Assembly (NCBI RefSeq): GCF_009914755.1
Contig: NC_060944.1
Direction: 5' to 3' (one strand)
Origin: the human T2T-CHM13v2.0 reference genome, Homo sapiens
Length of the DNA: 64,000 bases
The position numbers were made by a program, and so were the translations under genes. Below are positions 25,071-38,486 of this stretch, piece after piece. Position 1 is the first letter of the stretch. Each line of letters starts with the position of its first letter. The notes under the pieces were generated by a model, which was given only the letters and a program-made list of their open reading frames with translations, was not told the DNA's origin and did not search any database.

Positions 25071-27653
25071 ATGTGTCCCCATCAGCGGGACAGAGAGACA
25101 CATTTTTAAAGCCTAGAGACCCTGGGTGTGACTTGTGTTAGAATCCTCTTTCTCCAAGCCTCGGTTTTCTCCTCTGCCAAATGAGCACAGCACCTCTTGG
25201 AGGGAGGTGAGGACCTCCTAAATTATGAGCCCTTCAGCCTGGAGGTGCTCTTGCTGAGGCCAAGAAAGAGCCATTGTTATTGAAGTGAGGGGAGAGGAAG
25301 GTGCCCAGAGTGCCTGCTTCTTCCTGGCCCCTCACCAGGGTGGCATCCTGGGGTGGGAGGTGGTTTTTTGAGAACTGTTCGGCAGTGCCGGGTTGTGCAG
25401 GTCCACTTTGTGGTCTGGACATGCCCGTAGGCACAGGGAAGCTGGTGAGGTGCTGGGGGGTCAGCATGGGGGTCTTTGTGGTCGTTTCCTTCTGTTTCAC
25501 AGTGTGGAGACCCCGGGACAGGTGAAGGCCCCGGCAGGACAGGTGGTCAGTGTGGGTGGAGCGTCCGCAAGGATGCTGGCCTGGCTCTGACCTTCACAGA
25601 GAACCCACGTCCTCATGGGTGGTGGTGGCTTCAATCAGACTGGCCGGGCCAGCCACCCCCGCACTCCCTGATCCTGCCGGCATCATGGGCTGACCTGGAG
25701 GCTGGGGGGTCTGCCCGTGACACCAGCCCTGGTTCCCTGAGCTGGGGTCTGCACCGGGGCCAGGGCTGCTGACCTGCTAGAGCCCAAGGCCAAAGGTCTT
25801 TGAGGTGGGTCTGGGGCAACGGGGGTGAAGTCTCATGACCTGCCATCACCCTGCCCTAAGCTCTGTGGTCTCGCCATCTGGGAGGGCAGCAGTCAAAGTG
25901 CACTGAGATCCCCCCGGGGCAGGGCCCCGACTCGGCCCATCCTACTCACAGCTCCCAGAGGAAACACAGCTGTTCTTCCCATCACCCTCCACCCTATGCC
26001 CCTTTAATGGACGGCTGAGTGGCCCGGAAAGGCTGCAGAACTGGCCCACGGTCACCATCTTCAGGGGACAACATGGTTCATTCCACTGTGGGACCCCACA
26101 CATGCTGGACACTGCTCTTTCCCCAGGCCTTACACCTGGCCTGTGTCGCTACACGCAGGGCCCCTGTCGCCCACTCCAGCAGCCTGGAGCCTGTGAGGTG
26201 TGGGCATTGATGTCCTCTGGGCCGCCCTGGGGAAAGCTGAGCCCCTGACAACAGAGCTGAAAGCTGGGACCCTTGTGTGTGAGGCCTGAGGACAGGCACC
26301 AGGCTGGACCAAAGCTCCCGATCTGGTCACGGCGCTCGGTGTGAGTTCACAGGGCAGTGATTCTAAACCTGGCTGGTGCATCGGGCACAGGGTCACCCAC
26401 TGATCCCAAACCCCACCCGAGCTCCACCAGGCCCAGGCCTCTGCCCCAAAAACACGGCTGTGGAGCTGTTGAGGAAAAAGAAAGTGAGCCCGCGAGAATG
26501 TCCCCTTGGATGGAGTCTCTGTCTGGCCTTGCACCCTCAATATCCTGGTGGAAAACAGCCTTTGGGGATGACTTTGTCGAAGGCAGGGAGTGTCATGGGA
26601 GAATGTGGCGTAATTATAAACACATTTGCATGTATTGATTATTTGATGAATCAGGCTGTTGTACGGGAGGGGAAGAACACTTTGTTTTTAAAAATGCACT
26701 TAAAGCACTGTCCCTGTTTCCTGGAAAATTTTTTAATTTTGCTGAGGTTGGGACATGTTTACTGATGTTTTACATGTGATTTTTATGGATACCTTGAGTT
26801 AGAACACTGACCGTGCGGTATTGAGGGAGTCTGGAGTCCAGCACCCGAAAGCACACTGGCGAAGGGTGTGACCTCAGGCTCACACCCCGCTCTGTTGTCT
26901 GCCAGGGGATTGCGACATTTGTCCCTGTCACCTGGCATGGCTGTGATGCTGAGATGCAGTTGTGGATGTACACACACTGCGACTGTTGCGGAGTGGAAGT
27001 AATCAGTAGCAATGGCCGCAAACTCCCTTTGGTATCTCTGATTTCAATACTTATCAGTATCGAATAACTCCAGGAAGTTGCAGACTTGCGAGTGGCCCTG
27101 GGCGTCATCCTGCGGTTCATATTTCTCGGTGAGGAAACAGAGGTTGTAGAATGTGGCCAGAAGCCTGGTCAGCAGAGTGGCCTGGGCAGAGGCTGAGCTG
27201 GATAAATGGCAGCTGGGGAAAAGCGGGGAAGGAGGCGGTGGCCAGGCAGACCCCTGTCCCTTACCAGCTCCTCGTGCCCACCAGCTGCTGCCCGGCCTGT
27301 GTCCACTCACTCACTCCCCAGGGCGGCCAGCAGGGTGTGTCCTGGGGTCCCCGGCTGGCCGGAAGCAGCTGCCTCCCTCTCTGGAAGGTGCTTTGAAGGG
27401 AGCTGACACCAGTGGACAGCTGTAGAGTGAGAAAGTGCCATGGGTATCGCGGAGGCCGTGGGAACACGTGGGAGGGTCTACCCCCGCTGCAGGAGGTGGT
27501 TTTCAGGAGGACGGAGAAGGGGTGGGGAGTAGTTAATGGCCGAGCCAGGACGGTGGGGCAAGGGGGAGTGGCCTGCGAGAAGGAGAGCGGCTTCTAGGCA
27601 GCAAGGTAGACCAGATGATCCACACCACATCAAGGGTTGGATGTGCTGGAACT

Positions 27654-27856
27654 TTAGAGTTGTCGAAATAAGTATGAGTGTGTGCGTGTGTGTGTGTGAG
27701 AGAGAGACCTTAGAGTTGTCAAAATAATGAGTGTGTGTATGTGTGTGTGCATGTGTGCGTGTGTGTGTGCATGTGTGCGTGGGTGTGTGCGTGTGTGTGT
27801 GTGCGTGGGTGCGTGTGTGTGCATGCGTGCGTGTGTGTGTGTGTGTGAGAGAGAGA
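27654..27856. repeat. Duplicated unit containing a (TG)n(AG)n compound microsatellite
   Basis: ttagagttgtc(g/a)aaataa at 27654 and 27710, each followed by (TG)n then (AG)n. Confidence 0.85.
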
Positions 27857-28560
27857 TCGATCTACTACCTGCCTGACTCTTTTCTCAGCACTGCAGGCCA
27901 CGGGCCATGCTTGCACAGAATACACACTTCAGGCAGGGCTGGGCCTGCCTGACCCTGGATCTCAAAGTTTTTTTACCATGATTCATAGAAAAAAAATGCT
28001 TTAAAATTATGGGCCAGGAAATACCCCCCAAACCCTCCCTCCCCACAGAAACGTCCCCACACACAAACAGAAATCAGTGTTTTGCAGAGCAGCATTTACC
28101 GCCTCGTAAATGTTATCGATACAATTAGAATAGGTACTTTTTTTCCATTCTGTTCGATTTCATTTTAAAATGTTCACCATGCCACACGAAACTAGTGTCC
28201 CAGGTTTGAGAAGCGTGTTCTGGAAGGCCAAACCCAGGCATCTGGGGTGATATTCTGGAAAGAGCAGGCATGGCCGAAGGTCCCTGAACTGGGCGTTTCA
28301 GGCCACGGCAGCTGGAAGGGTGACGGACGGACGATGGGCAGGTGGCGTCAGGTGGAAGGAGGGACGGGGGTGGAGAATGGGTGGATGGGTAGGTGGGGGA
28401 CGATGGATGCCTTTAAGTCTCTTCATAGTGGTTACTGTCAGCTGACTTCCTGGAGCTGCTGGCTCTGAGCGACAGAACTGGGAGCTGAATTAAGTGAGAG
28501 GGACCCCAGGACTCCAGGACTTCCACCTGAGCTTCAGAGGAGCAGTTCTGTCTTTACTTA

Positions 28561-28951
<391 letters not shown>

Positions 28952-30496
28952 CTATATTTGGTATAAAGTAATACCCTGGATGAAGGTTTTGCTCACCATG
29001 AACATATCTCAGAGGCGAATCCCCATGGTCCATCTGTGTCTTGGGGCCCCTGGGCGTGGCCCACTGACAGCCCAACTCCTGAGGGCTGGGCAGCAGCTGT
29101 TTTTCCAAAGCCGGGGCGGTGCCTGGCACACAGTGGGCCCTTCAGAAAGATTTGTCGATTGCACCAAGAAGCTCCTCTGTCCTGCCACCTAGAGCAGGCT
29201 GGATTCTGGAGGCCTTGCAGCGCACTTTCGTGCCCTCTCGCGTGTATGATAGAGACATTAGCGCGTGTCAGCCCCTTTACCGGGGCTTCCCATTGTCTTA
29301 GCGTGCTCCTTTCATCTAATGAGCAGGCGCCCTTGGCTGAACTTTTCAGGAATCCGTGGGGAACCAGAGTGAATATATTATGGCGCTGTGGAGCGAATGA
29401 CAATCGGGCAGTGCTCGCCTGTGGCCGTGGAGGTATCTGCGCCACCGCAAAATGCCTCACCCTTCTTTTGGGTTTTGGGGTTTCAGGTCAGCTCTGGGGG
29501 CCCGTTATCCCGTGTCAAGGAGGCCCACGCAGGCACCCGAGGAAGGCTTTGGCTATCACGAGGTGGCCTTTGTGCAGGCGGGTTCAGCAACTTTGGCATT
29601 CATTGGGGCGGCCTGTTGCTGGTGCTTGGAGTAAGTGAAGAGTGCGATTGGGCGCCAGAGCTGACCTGGCAGGGAGCCGGGTTTCCGGCCTGTGTCAGCG
29701 GCTGCCTAACCGTGGACACCAGCGCGATGACTCAGTCCTGACCGCTATAAGCATCCCGGCCACCAGCTCTGCATCATCAGGGAGATCAATTAAATTGAGT
29801 GTGTGTAATTCTCGGGGATTAGACGGAAGTGCACAGGCTTCATTGATCCACTCTCCTAGACAATCAGCAGGCCCCTCCAAGGGCTGAGGACCCCACCACT
29901 CAGCAGGAAGCCTGGCTCACTTCTCCCCAACACCCCTTCCTCCCGCACTTCCCCACGTTCCTCTCTCCTGGATTGGATTTCTGGAAGGTTCTGCTGGGCC
30001 ACGTCCCGTCAGGTCCTCAGGAACACGGCATGCACAACCACACACCCCGTCTGCAGGGGCTGCAGGTACCCTGAGGCCCTGGGACTCTGTGTTTTTCTGT
30101 GGTTACCACTTTTCCTTTGAACAATAACATTTTTTTTCTGAGACACACTCTGAGACTTCTGGCACCCACCGTACCTTCTAATTCTACTATAATCATCACC
30201 CTTTTCTCTTGCCAAAAAAAAAAAAAGAAAAAGAAAAATAAACTTAAAAGAACACAGACTGAAGAAAGTCATTTCCAAGTTAAGCTGCGAAGGGGTCTGA
30301 AATGTATCGCTGGTGAGAGTCTTTTTTTTTTCATGGTAACCACAAAAGCAAGTGCACTAGTGTGTCTGTGTATGCGGTAAACAAAATGGTTTGCCAAACT
30401 CAGGAACTAAAAATGCTCTAAAAGAACAGAGTTCATTTCTGAAAACAGCCAATTTGGAACCCTGGCACCAGTATTTTGAGTCAGAAGATCACTGAG

Positions 30497-30967
30497 CATT
30501 ATGGGTTGAATTGAATCTCCCAAAATGCCTTTTGCTGAATCCCAACTCCAGAACCTGTGCGCGTGATCATATCTGGAAAAAAAATGGGGGGTCTTTGTAG
30601 ATGGAATCAAGTTAAGAGACAGTCAGAGTGGATCAGGGTGGGCCCTAAATCCAATGACCCGTGCTCTTATAAGAAAAGAAGAGGAAACCGAATCCAGTGT
30701 TAGACAGAGGCCCCGGGGAGAACCTCGCTTATTCGTTCATCACGGAGCAGAGATGGGAGTGATACATCCGCAGACAGGAGCCCCGGGGACTGCCACAGCC
30801 CCAGATGGTGAGGGCTCCTCCCAATGGGTCCCAGAGGGAGCACGGCCCTGCAGACACTCTGATCTCCGTCAAACTCCTGGGCTCCAGAACAGACAGAATC
30901 CATTTCCATTGCTTTAAGCCTCCAGGTTTGTGATACTTTGTTATGGCAGCCACGGGAAACTGACACA
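30497..30967 (+). mobile_element. MLT1B/MLT1C-like MaLR LTR
   Basis: ttatgggttgaattg...agggtgggccctaaatccaatgac...tttaagcctccaggtttgtgatactttgttatggcagccacgggaaactgacaca. Confidence 0.8.
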
Positions 30968-33900
30968 TTGAAAATGGCAATTTTGAAAAGCCCAGAAAGC
31001 AAATATGCTGGAAGAAAAATGTTGACTTAGATGTTTCTTGGTAACCTGACTTCTTAGTAACTCCCAGAAGTGACTTTTTTGAAAAGGAGGTTCCTCCTGC
31101 TAGGGCTGAAAGTTCTCTGTTCCAAGCTTGCCTTGTGGATGGAGGAGCTGCTTCCTTGCAGAAACTCTGGGGTTAATATCAGGACCCTGGAACCCCATGC
31201 CTCACCCTTGAAAGGCCTCTCTGCAGGCCGGGCTGTCATCTCTCAAGCCTTTCACACTGCTCTGCTGTAAGGTCATAAAACCGTCATCCAGATGCAGATG
31301 AGGAGGACTAGCGCCAAAAAACACAGGCTATAAAAGTGTTAGGGCCCTAAACTATAAGCCATAAGTAACGCCATAGAAGCCGCCAGCACTTCCCCGGGGG
31401 CATGACGCTTACAGGAGGTGTGTGGGGTTAGAGCCTTTGCCAGTGTGTCCATTTGTAATGATGTGTAGAGGGGGGACCAGGTTTGGGGCTGGATCTCACA
31501 AGGGACATTACTGAAAATGGCTCTTTAGGGAATCGTGTGTATTTCTTCATCCAACAAACATGAAGAGACTCTTCTGCACGCTGACTGGCCATGCACTGGT
31601 GTAAAAACAGAGACGTCCAGACTGCTTGGAGCTTACGGTGGCATGGGGAGGGCGGGTGGACAGCTAAAGCAGGTGGTGAGATCCCAGGGGAGAGGCAGGT
31701 GTGCCACAGCCAGGCAGTGGGGTCAGGTGCCAGGGATGCGTGGGTCTGAGGCCGGGGCAATCGGCGGGTAAAGGGATATTAAGGGAACACTTGAAAAATG
31801 AGCAGGAGAAGGGCCACATGAGGGGCAGCATGTTCTGGGAGAGGGAACAGTGCGTGTGGAGGCTCCGAGCCCTCAGCTGCTCCCGGGAACCTGGGAGTCT
31901 CGGCTGGGTGGGTTGCTGCTGGGCTCCGGCACAGGGCACTCTCTGCAGCCAGGCGGCCTCTGGGTGAAGAGGACAGTGCCAGCTCTCCCTGGGCACAGGG
32001 CTCCCCTGGCTGCGGCCACAGCCCTTGCTCATCCCCCGTCTGCCCTGCCAGGCTCTCTTCCTCGCTGCTGTCTTCGCTTCTTCGGCCTGGCCTGCACTGG
32101 CCCTTTGGACCCGTCTCCCGGGTCTGTGTCCCCTCTGTCCAGTGTTCCTCCTGCCCTGTTCTGCCCACACAGGACCCCTGGCCCCCACACCCAGCCTTCC
32201 TGCTGCCCCCTGGGTGGGATGTCCCCTTTCTCCAGGACACTCATGGGTCCCCTGTCAGGGGCGAGGCAGTCTCTTCTACTCCCAGGACAACTGTCTGTTT
32301 AGGTGGAAAAACATTGGCTTCCTGGCAGAGCCACCAGGAGGTAGGGACCCTGGGAAACAAACCCACCTCCTCCTCCTCACCCTTCCTTTTGGAGCAGTTC
32401 AAGCTGTACAAAGCCCAGAGCACCAGCCATGGGCGGCTGCTCCCTCCCCCGGCCCCTGCAGCTGGCAGCAGGGCCCTCCCACCTCCTCACATGAGCTGCT
32501 GGGCAGCCGTGGACTCACCCCACGGTTAATCCCATTAACTTCAAAGCTCACGACTCTTACCTCGCAGTGTGCCCGGGGCTGCGCCCAACTCCCCATTTGC
32601 AGTGTCTCTGTGAAGGTGCCAAAGCCCATGGCCCTCAGCCCGCTTCACAGATGGAAGGAGCGAGGCTCGGTTTAGCAAGGTGGTTGCCGTGGTCACTAGA
32701 AAGTGAAGGAGGAGAGCTGAGCCTGGCCTGTCTCCACAATGGATGCGGTAAATGCCTGAGGGCTGCTGTGTCAGGCAGGAACCAAGGGGATACAGTGCTG
32801 GGGCCTTTACATTTTGTCAGTGGTGCCAGCGGTGGTGCCCTGCCCATATGTTGGCCATTTGGGAAAACAGCAGCCATGTTTGAAAACACATTGCCCCTTT
32901 ATTTAAATGGGCAGCTGCTGGTACTCACTGGCCTGGGCGTGTGCATTTTGCTGACATTTGGGGCAGACCCTTCTGTTGAATTCTCGATGCTTCGCGAGGC
33001 CTCTTGCCTTGGTCATACGACCTCCAGAGAGTTTTTGCTGCTTTTTAAGTCGTTTCAAGCGATTATTCTCCGGCCATAAAACTCAGCTTTAAAAATAGGT
33101 TTCATAAAGGCCCCGACTTTTCTTCTAATTAGTGTAAAGATTTATTGAATATACATCATATGCACAGATCATAATATTATTAAAATTACTATTAAGACTT
33201 TACACATCAAAATATTTCAGGCAGTGGGGAGACAGGAAGCCTGATGGTCCCTGAGAATCGAATCTGCATTGGCAAGATAAAGGACAATTGAGGGCGATTA
33301 CAAAAGCCATGATTTAGAGTACAACATAAAACTCTGCTGAGAACTAATTCGTATTGCCAGCTGCTGCTAAGCTTCTTAATCTTTATCTAGTTCAATTAAA
33401 ATCTGAATGTTTGGGATTTCATTAACAACCGGGGGTTTGGAAATTACATGCGCTTTTACGCCATACTTCCGTTGCTGACTGACAATATTGGAAGTTGCCC
33501 AAAACGTCTCCAGGTAGACTTATGTATAATTAAAACTTAAGTATTTAAAGGCTAATGCAAAGGTAAAAGCAGATTGTTTTAATTTGCAAGTCAGATCCGA
33601 CTGACAAAGTAAGGAGACTCCACTACAAACGGTGCCCCTTTTGTGGGGAGAGAGAGCATTTAGTAGGCCGAGGTCTGGGCGGTGACCTGCAGCTCATGGT
33701 CGAGCCCTCACCACAGGGCCGGTTTCCGTGTGAGGGCCAGGGAGCTGCTTTGGGCATCTTCTTAGCCACTGGGGACCTTGTCACGTTCCTGTGTGTGCAG
33801 TCCGTATCCTCACTGTGGTGCAGATGTGTTTGCTGTCTGCCAATTCATTATGCGTTTTCAAGACTTTGCAAGCAGGTCTTTCTAAAATTAAACCAGCCAA

Positions 33901-34207
33901 AGTGATGAACAAGCTTAACGCCTAACTTCAGATGAACGGTGAAAAGCAAAAGCATCCAGGATGTTTCCTGTATGTGTTTCCTTGGCCTGGGTTGGGGGGG
34001 GTCTGTTGTCACAAACGTCATTCTTCACAGGAGAATGGGAGGGTCTGACTGAGGTTGGGGGTGGGGGCAGGGAATCGGCATTGTTGTCCCCTCCATCCCT
34101 CAAGTCATCCTGAGACTGGTTGGTGCCTCCCATGTCCTGCATGGCCCGGAGGGATGGCTGCAGCATTTGGGTCTGTGTGAGACACACCTGTTTCGGTTCC
34201 CTGAGCA

Positions 34208-34652
34208 TGGGAGGTAGAACAGGGACCCCCAAAGATGCCCCAGTCCTAATCTCTCCACCTCTGAATGTCTCACCTTGCCCCGCAGAAGGGACTCTGCAGA
34301 TGTGATGAAAGTGAAGGATGCCGAGATGGGAGGTTATCCTGGTTGGTGCCATAGAACCCCAAGGTCCCTTCCAAAAGGGAGGCCGGAGGGTCAAGGTTGG
34401 GAGGAGAAAATGTGAGGAGGGAAGCAGAGGTTGGAGTGATGTGAAAGAGGCCATGAGCCCATAACACAGGTGCCTCCAGAGGCTAGACAAGGAAGGATTC
34501 TCTCCTGGGGCCTCCCCAGCATGGCTGACACTTGGCTCTTGGCCCAGGGAAACCCATATCAGACTTCTAGCCTCCAGACCTGCAAGATATAAGTGTTCAC
34601 ATTAAGCCGTGGGGTTTGTGGTGACGTTACGGCCACAGTAGGAAGCAGATAC
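34208..34652 (+). mobile_element. MLT1D-like MaLR LTR
   Basis: cccccaaagatgcc...gggactctgcagatgtgat...gacttctagcctccagacctgcaagat...aggaagcagataca. Confidence 0.75.
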
Positions 34653-35984
34653 ACCCTGAGACCCAAAGCATGTGGCTCCCCTTCCTATGCCTGTTCTCTC
34701 AGCTGTGAAACAAGAGTAGAGAGTGGTACCCAGGCGTTCTTGTGAGGATGGGCGAGATGGTGAATGTGTCACCAGCCTGGGTCAAGGAGGGCGATATTAG
34801 CCATGAGCTGCTGCTGGGGTGGCCTTCCTGCTGCTGGTCCAGGTGCCTGGCCTGGTGCTGGTCAAGGCCACGAGTCCTCTGCAAGAGCCAGGGCAGGGGT
34901 GGGGGACAGCAAGGGGCTCGAGGCACAGCCGTATCCACGCCCTGCCCCGTCTGGCCCTGCTCTTGCCATTTTTTTCCAGCTCCTCTGGCTGCCCCTCTTC
35001 CCCTTCTCTGCCTCATCCTCACCCTCCTGCTTCTCCTGGGTTCCCAGCAAGGCTGCAGCAGCAGGACAGGGATCCAGGTGGGCCCCCAACTGGTCATCTT
35101 GTGATTTGGGGGGTGTCTGCTCTCTCCGGTGCCAGCTCTCCTGAAGTCCTCTTCTCTCTGCCTTCTCACCTCCAGCGCCATTGCTTAATTTCCCTGTAGC
35201 TCTTTTCAGGGGAGCAGGGAGGAGGAGGTAGGAGCTGGGCTGAGATATGTGGAGCATCACTGTGCATCTGTGCCCACCCCCAGGCCCGGGACACGGAGGC
35301 ACCAGTGGGAGGAGCCCACGGAAGTCCAGTGGGGCAAGCTGGAAAGCGAGCCTTCAGCAGCAGCCTGGATCCCAGGAGGTCCGATGGGCACGGTGCCATC
35401 CTGTTTTGTTTACTTAGGCAACACGTGCACCTCCTCTTAAATAATAGAGGCTACTTCGGAACGGAGTTGACCTGGGGCTGTTCTTCTGAAGGTTAACACG
35501 GCCGTAGGGATAGGCTCCTGCCAGTGGCTTCATTTCACACGTTTTTCTGGGTGGTGATGTCCCCAGTTCTATGGGACCCTCAAGGAACCCGTGTCCTGGG
35601 GCCTGGGAAGGAAAAGGCCAGGCATTCCTTTCCTCAGCTGCAGATCAGGAAACTGTCTTCACAGCCCCAGGCTTCTATGAAGACGAATCCTGGTTTTAGG
35701 TCTTTCTCTGCCCATCCTCCGAACGCAGTTCTCAGCAGTCAGCATTTTGGATTGAAGATAGTGGACGGCACCCCCCCAACCCCCCGTTCTTTGGTGTGGT
35801 CGTTATAGGAGTGACTTCCTAGGTAATCACTGAAGTGGCCAGTTTTTGTTATTTTACTTCATTCTGATACTGGTTTTCTGCGTCCTAGTTTTATTATTTC
35901 ATATTACATTGTATTGCTTCATAATGGTCTGCGTGGTTGGCTTCTCTAAACGATGAGCCCCTGGAGGACAGGACGCCTTTGGTC

Positions 35985-36070
35985 GTGTTGTGTGTGTGTG
36001 AATGTGTGTGTATGTGCTGTGTTTGTTGTGTTGTATATGGTGCATATGCTGTGTGTTTTGTATGTTTTGA
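35985..36070. repeat. Degenerate TG-rich tract
   Basis: Direct reading. Confidence 0.7.
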
Positions 36071-36204
36071 ACTCTGAATTGTACTAGAGGGCCTGGCTGT
36101 GCCATAACAATATTAAGAGGCCTAGAGAAAAGGACAGCAGAAGGGGTGCTATTGGCAGGAGGTTTATAAAGTCCAGGAGCAACTAGAGACGATGTATTTC
36201 TAGA

Positions 36205-36640
36205 CTATGTATGTACTAGAGCCTCTGTGTGTGCAGTGTGCTGTGTGTTTTGCATGCAGTGTGCATGTTGTGTGTGTGGGGTTGTGTGTGTGTGTGCAAT
36301 GCATGTATTGTGTGTGGGGATGTGTGTACAGTGTGTCCTTTGTGTTGCGCATGCAGCACGTGTATTGTGTGTGTGTGTGTTCGGTGCGTGTGTTGTGTGT
36401 GGGATGTTTGTGCAGTATGTTGCGTGTGTTGTACATGCAGTGTATGTGTTGTATGTGTGTGTGTGCTTTGTGCATGTGCTGTGCGTGGGTGTGTGTACAG
36501 TGTGTTGCCTGTGTTGGGCATGCAACATGTGTGTTGTATGTGTGTGTGTTCTGTGCGTGTGTTGTGTATGTGCAGTGTGTTGTGTGTGTTGTGTATGCAC
36601 TGTGTGTGTGGTGTGTGCTCTGGGCCTGTATTGTGTGTGG
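36205..36640. repeat. Degenerate (TG)n-rich simple repeat
   Basis: Direct reading. Confidence 0.9.
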
Positions 36641-36849
36641 GGAGTATTTTTCAGCGTCATCTCTGATGTTGAGCCTGACTGTCCATAAGTGTGTGTTTCG
36701 GTGGATCTATAAACCTGCCTTTTTGTTTTGTGATTTTTGTTTTTCTTTGTCTGGGGGCAGAGGGGGAAGAAACCTTCCACCCAGCGTGGCTTTCGAGATG
36801 CAGGGCCAGTGCACCTGCCGTATCTTATGCAGCGACCTTACAGTCTTCA

Positions 36850-37000
36850 GGCATCTAGTGATCAGTGTGCTGTGAACCCCCTGGAAATCCTGCTGAATGC
36901 GGATTCCCACTCCCGGGGGAGGTGGGGCCTGAGAGTCTGCATTTCCAACACTTTTTCTCTATGGATGCTGCTGGTGTGGGGACCACACTTTTGCAGCAAG
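36850..37000. mobile_element. MER5A-like DNA transposon
   Basis: ggtggggcctgagagtctgcatttccaaca...gatgctgctggtgtggggaccacactttt. Confidence 0.7.
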
Positions 37001-37835
37001 ACTTTGAACAGCCTGAGGTCCTCACGACATTCCAAGTCCCTGGACCAATTCCTAAGTTATTAAAAATAAAACTCCCTTGATTCTTTTCAATTCTCTTGAC
37101 CTCGGTTCACGAACCTCTCTCTTCCCCTTGGTCTCAGAGCTTCCCAGGGCTTTGGTGGCCATGAGTTTGTGCATTTCCAGATGTCATCCAGCTCACCGCT
37201 CACGTGCACCTAAGTGGCTGGGTTAACATCAAGATCGAAGGGAGCCACCTTGATCTGGAGCTTGTCATTTTCATGAAAGATGCTGCCACATCACAAATGG
37301 ATTTGGCAAATGGCTCGCCAGGAGATCCGTGGGAGTTCAGAGATAACTGAAAATATGATCTATATCTGTATATTTGGCTTCTAGAGTGAAGATCGGCCCA
37401 CGGATTGATCTGATAGGGGTGATAAATATATAGTCCCTAGTTGCTCTTGGACTTTGTAAGCCTTCTGCCAATAGCACCACTTCCGTTGACCTTTTGTCTA
37501 GGCCTTTTGATATTCTTATGGCACAGCCAGGCCCTCAAGTACAGTTCAGAGTTCAAGATGGGAGTAGGCTGTGGGTTTCAGATCCTGGCCATCACGCTCT
37601 TGAAAACTTTGAAGGCTTCTGTCCATCTCTTCTTCCTTGCTTAGGGTTTCATCTCATCTGTTGATTTTAAGTCTTCCAAAGGTTGCTGGAAAGCATGATT
37701 AGATAGATGATTGTGAATCTGGACTCAAGAAATTACCTCAGAATATTATACGTAAAACATTCTAGATTCCTTTAAAAATGCAGTTTACTCTGCAAGAAAT
37801 GGCTGATTTGCTATTGAGTGATGCCGGTAAGTTTT

Positions 37836-38139
37836 CTTTTTTCTTTCTTTTTCTTTTTTTTTAAACGGAGTCTCGCTCTGTCACCCAGGCTGGAGTACAG
37901 TGGCACGATCTTGGCTCACTGCAACCTCCGCCTCCCAGGTTCAAGCAATTCTCTGCCTCAGCCTCCTGAGTAGCTGGCATTACAGGTGCCTGCCTCTATG
38001 CCTGGCTAATTTTTTGTATTTTTAGTAGAGATGGGGTTTACCATCTTGGCCAGGCTGGTCTTACACTCCTGAACTTGTGATCCACCTGCCTCAGCCTCCC
38101 AAAGTGCTGGGATTACAGCGTGAGCCACCGCACCCAGCC
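37836..38139 (-). mobile_element. AluSx-like element
   Basis: Poly(T) followed by acggagtctcgctctgtcacccagg...; TSD gccggtaagtttt / gccattaagtttt. Confidence 0.95.
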
Positions 38140-38486
38140 GCCATTAAGTTTTTACAAACTTTTCATTGTCATATACACAAAAGCACACAAGTTGTGAGTG
38201 GCCAGATGGTGTATCATCTCAAACCAAACACACCCTTGGGGCCAGCACCGACCAGTCAAACACTGGGGCACGGTCCACTCTCCCTGGTCCTCACACCCTT
38301 CCACCTGGATCCACTGCAGACCTACAGCTCAGCGTTGCCTGATTTCGAACTTTGTGTCGACAGAGCCCCACTTCACCTGTACGCCTGGCTTCTTTCCTGA
38401 GCCGTGTTTGGGGAGCCATCTGTGTCCTGGCTGGGCGGGACTTCTCATTTCCTCCTTGGTGTGGCTATGTTGTAGGTGGGAGGGCT

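Noticed and set aside
26980-27100. Possible hairpin/miRNA (ttcaatact-tatc-agtatcgaa core)
   Set aside because: The stem is short and does not extend convincingly; no recognisable family.
27960-28215. Possible degraded hAT-type DNA transposon
   Set aside because: Only vague terminal resemblance; I cannot name or bound it reliably.
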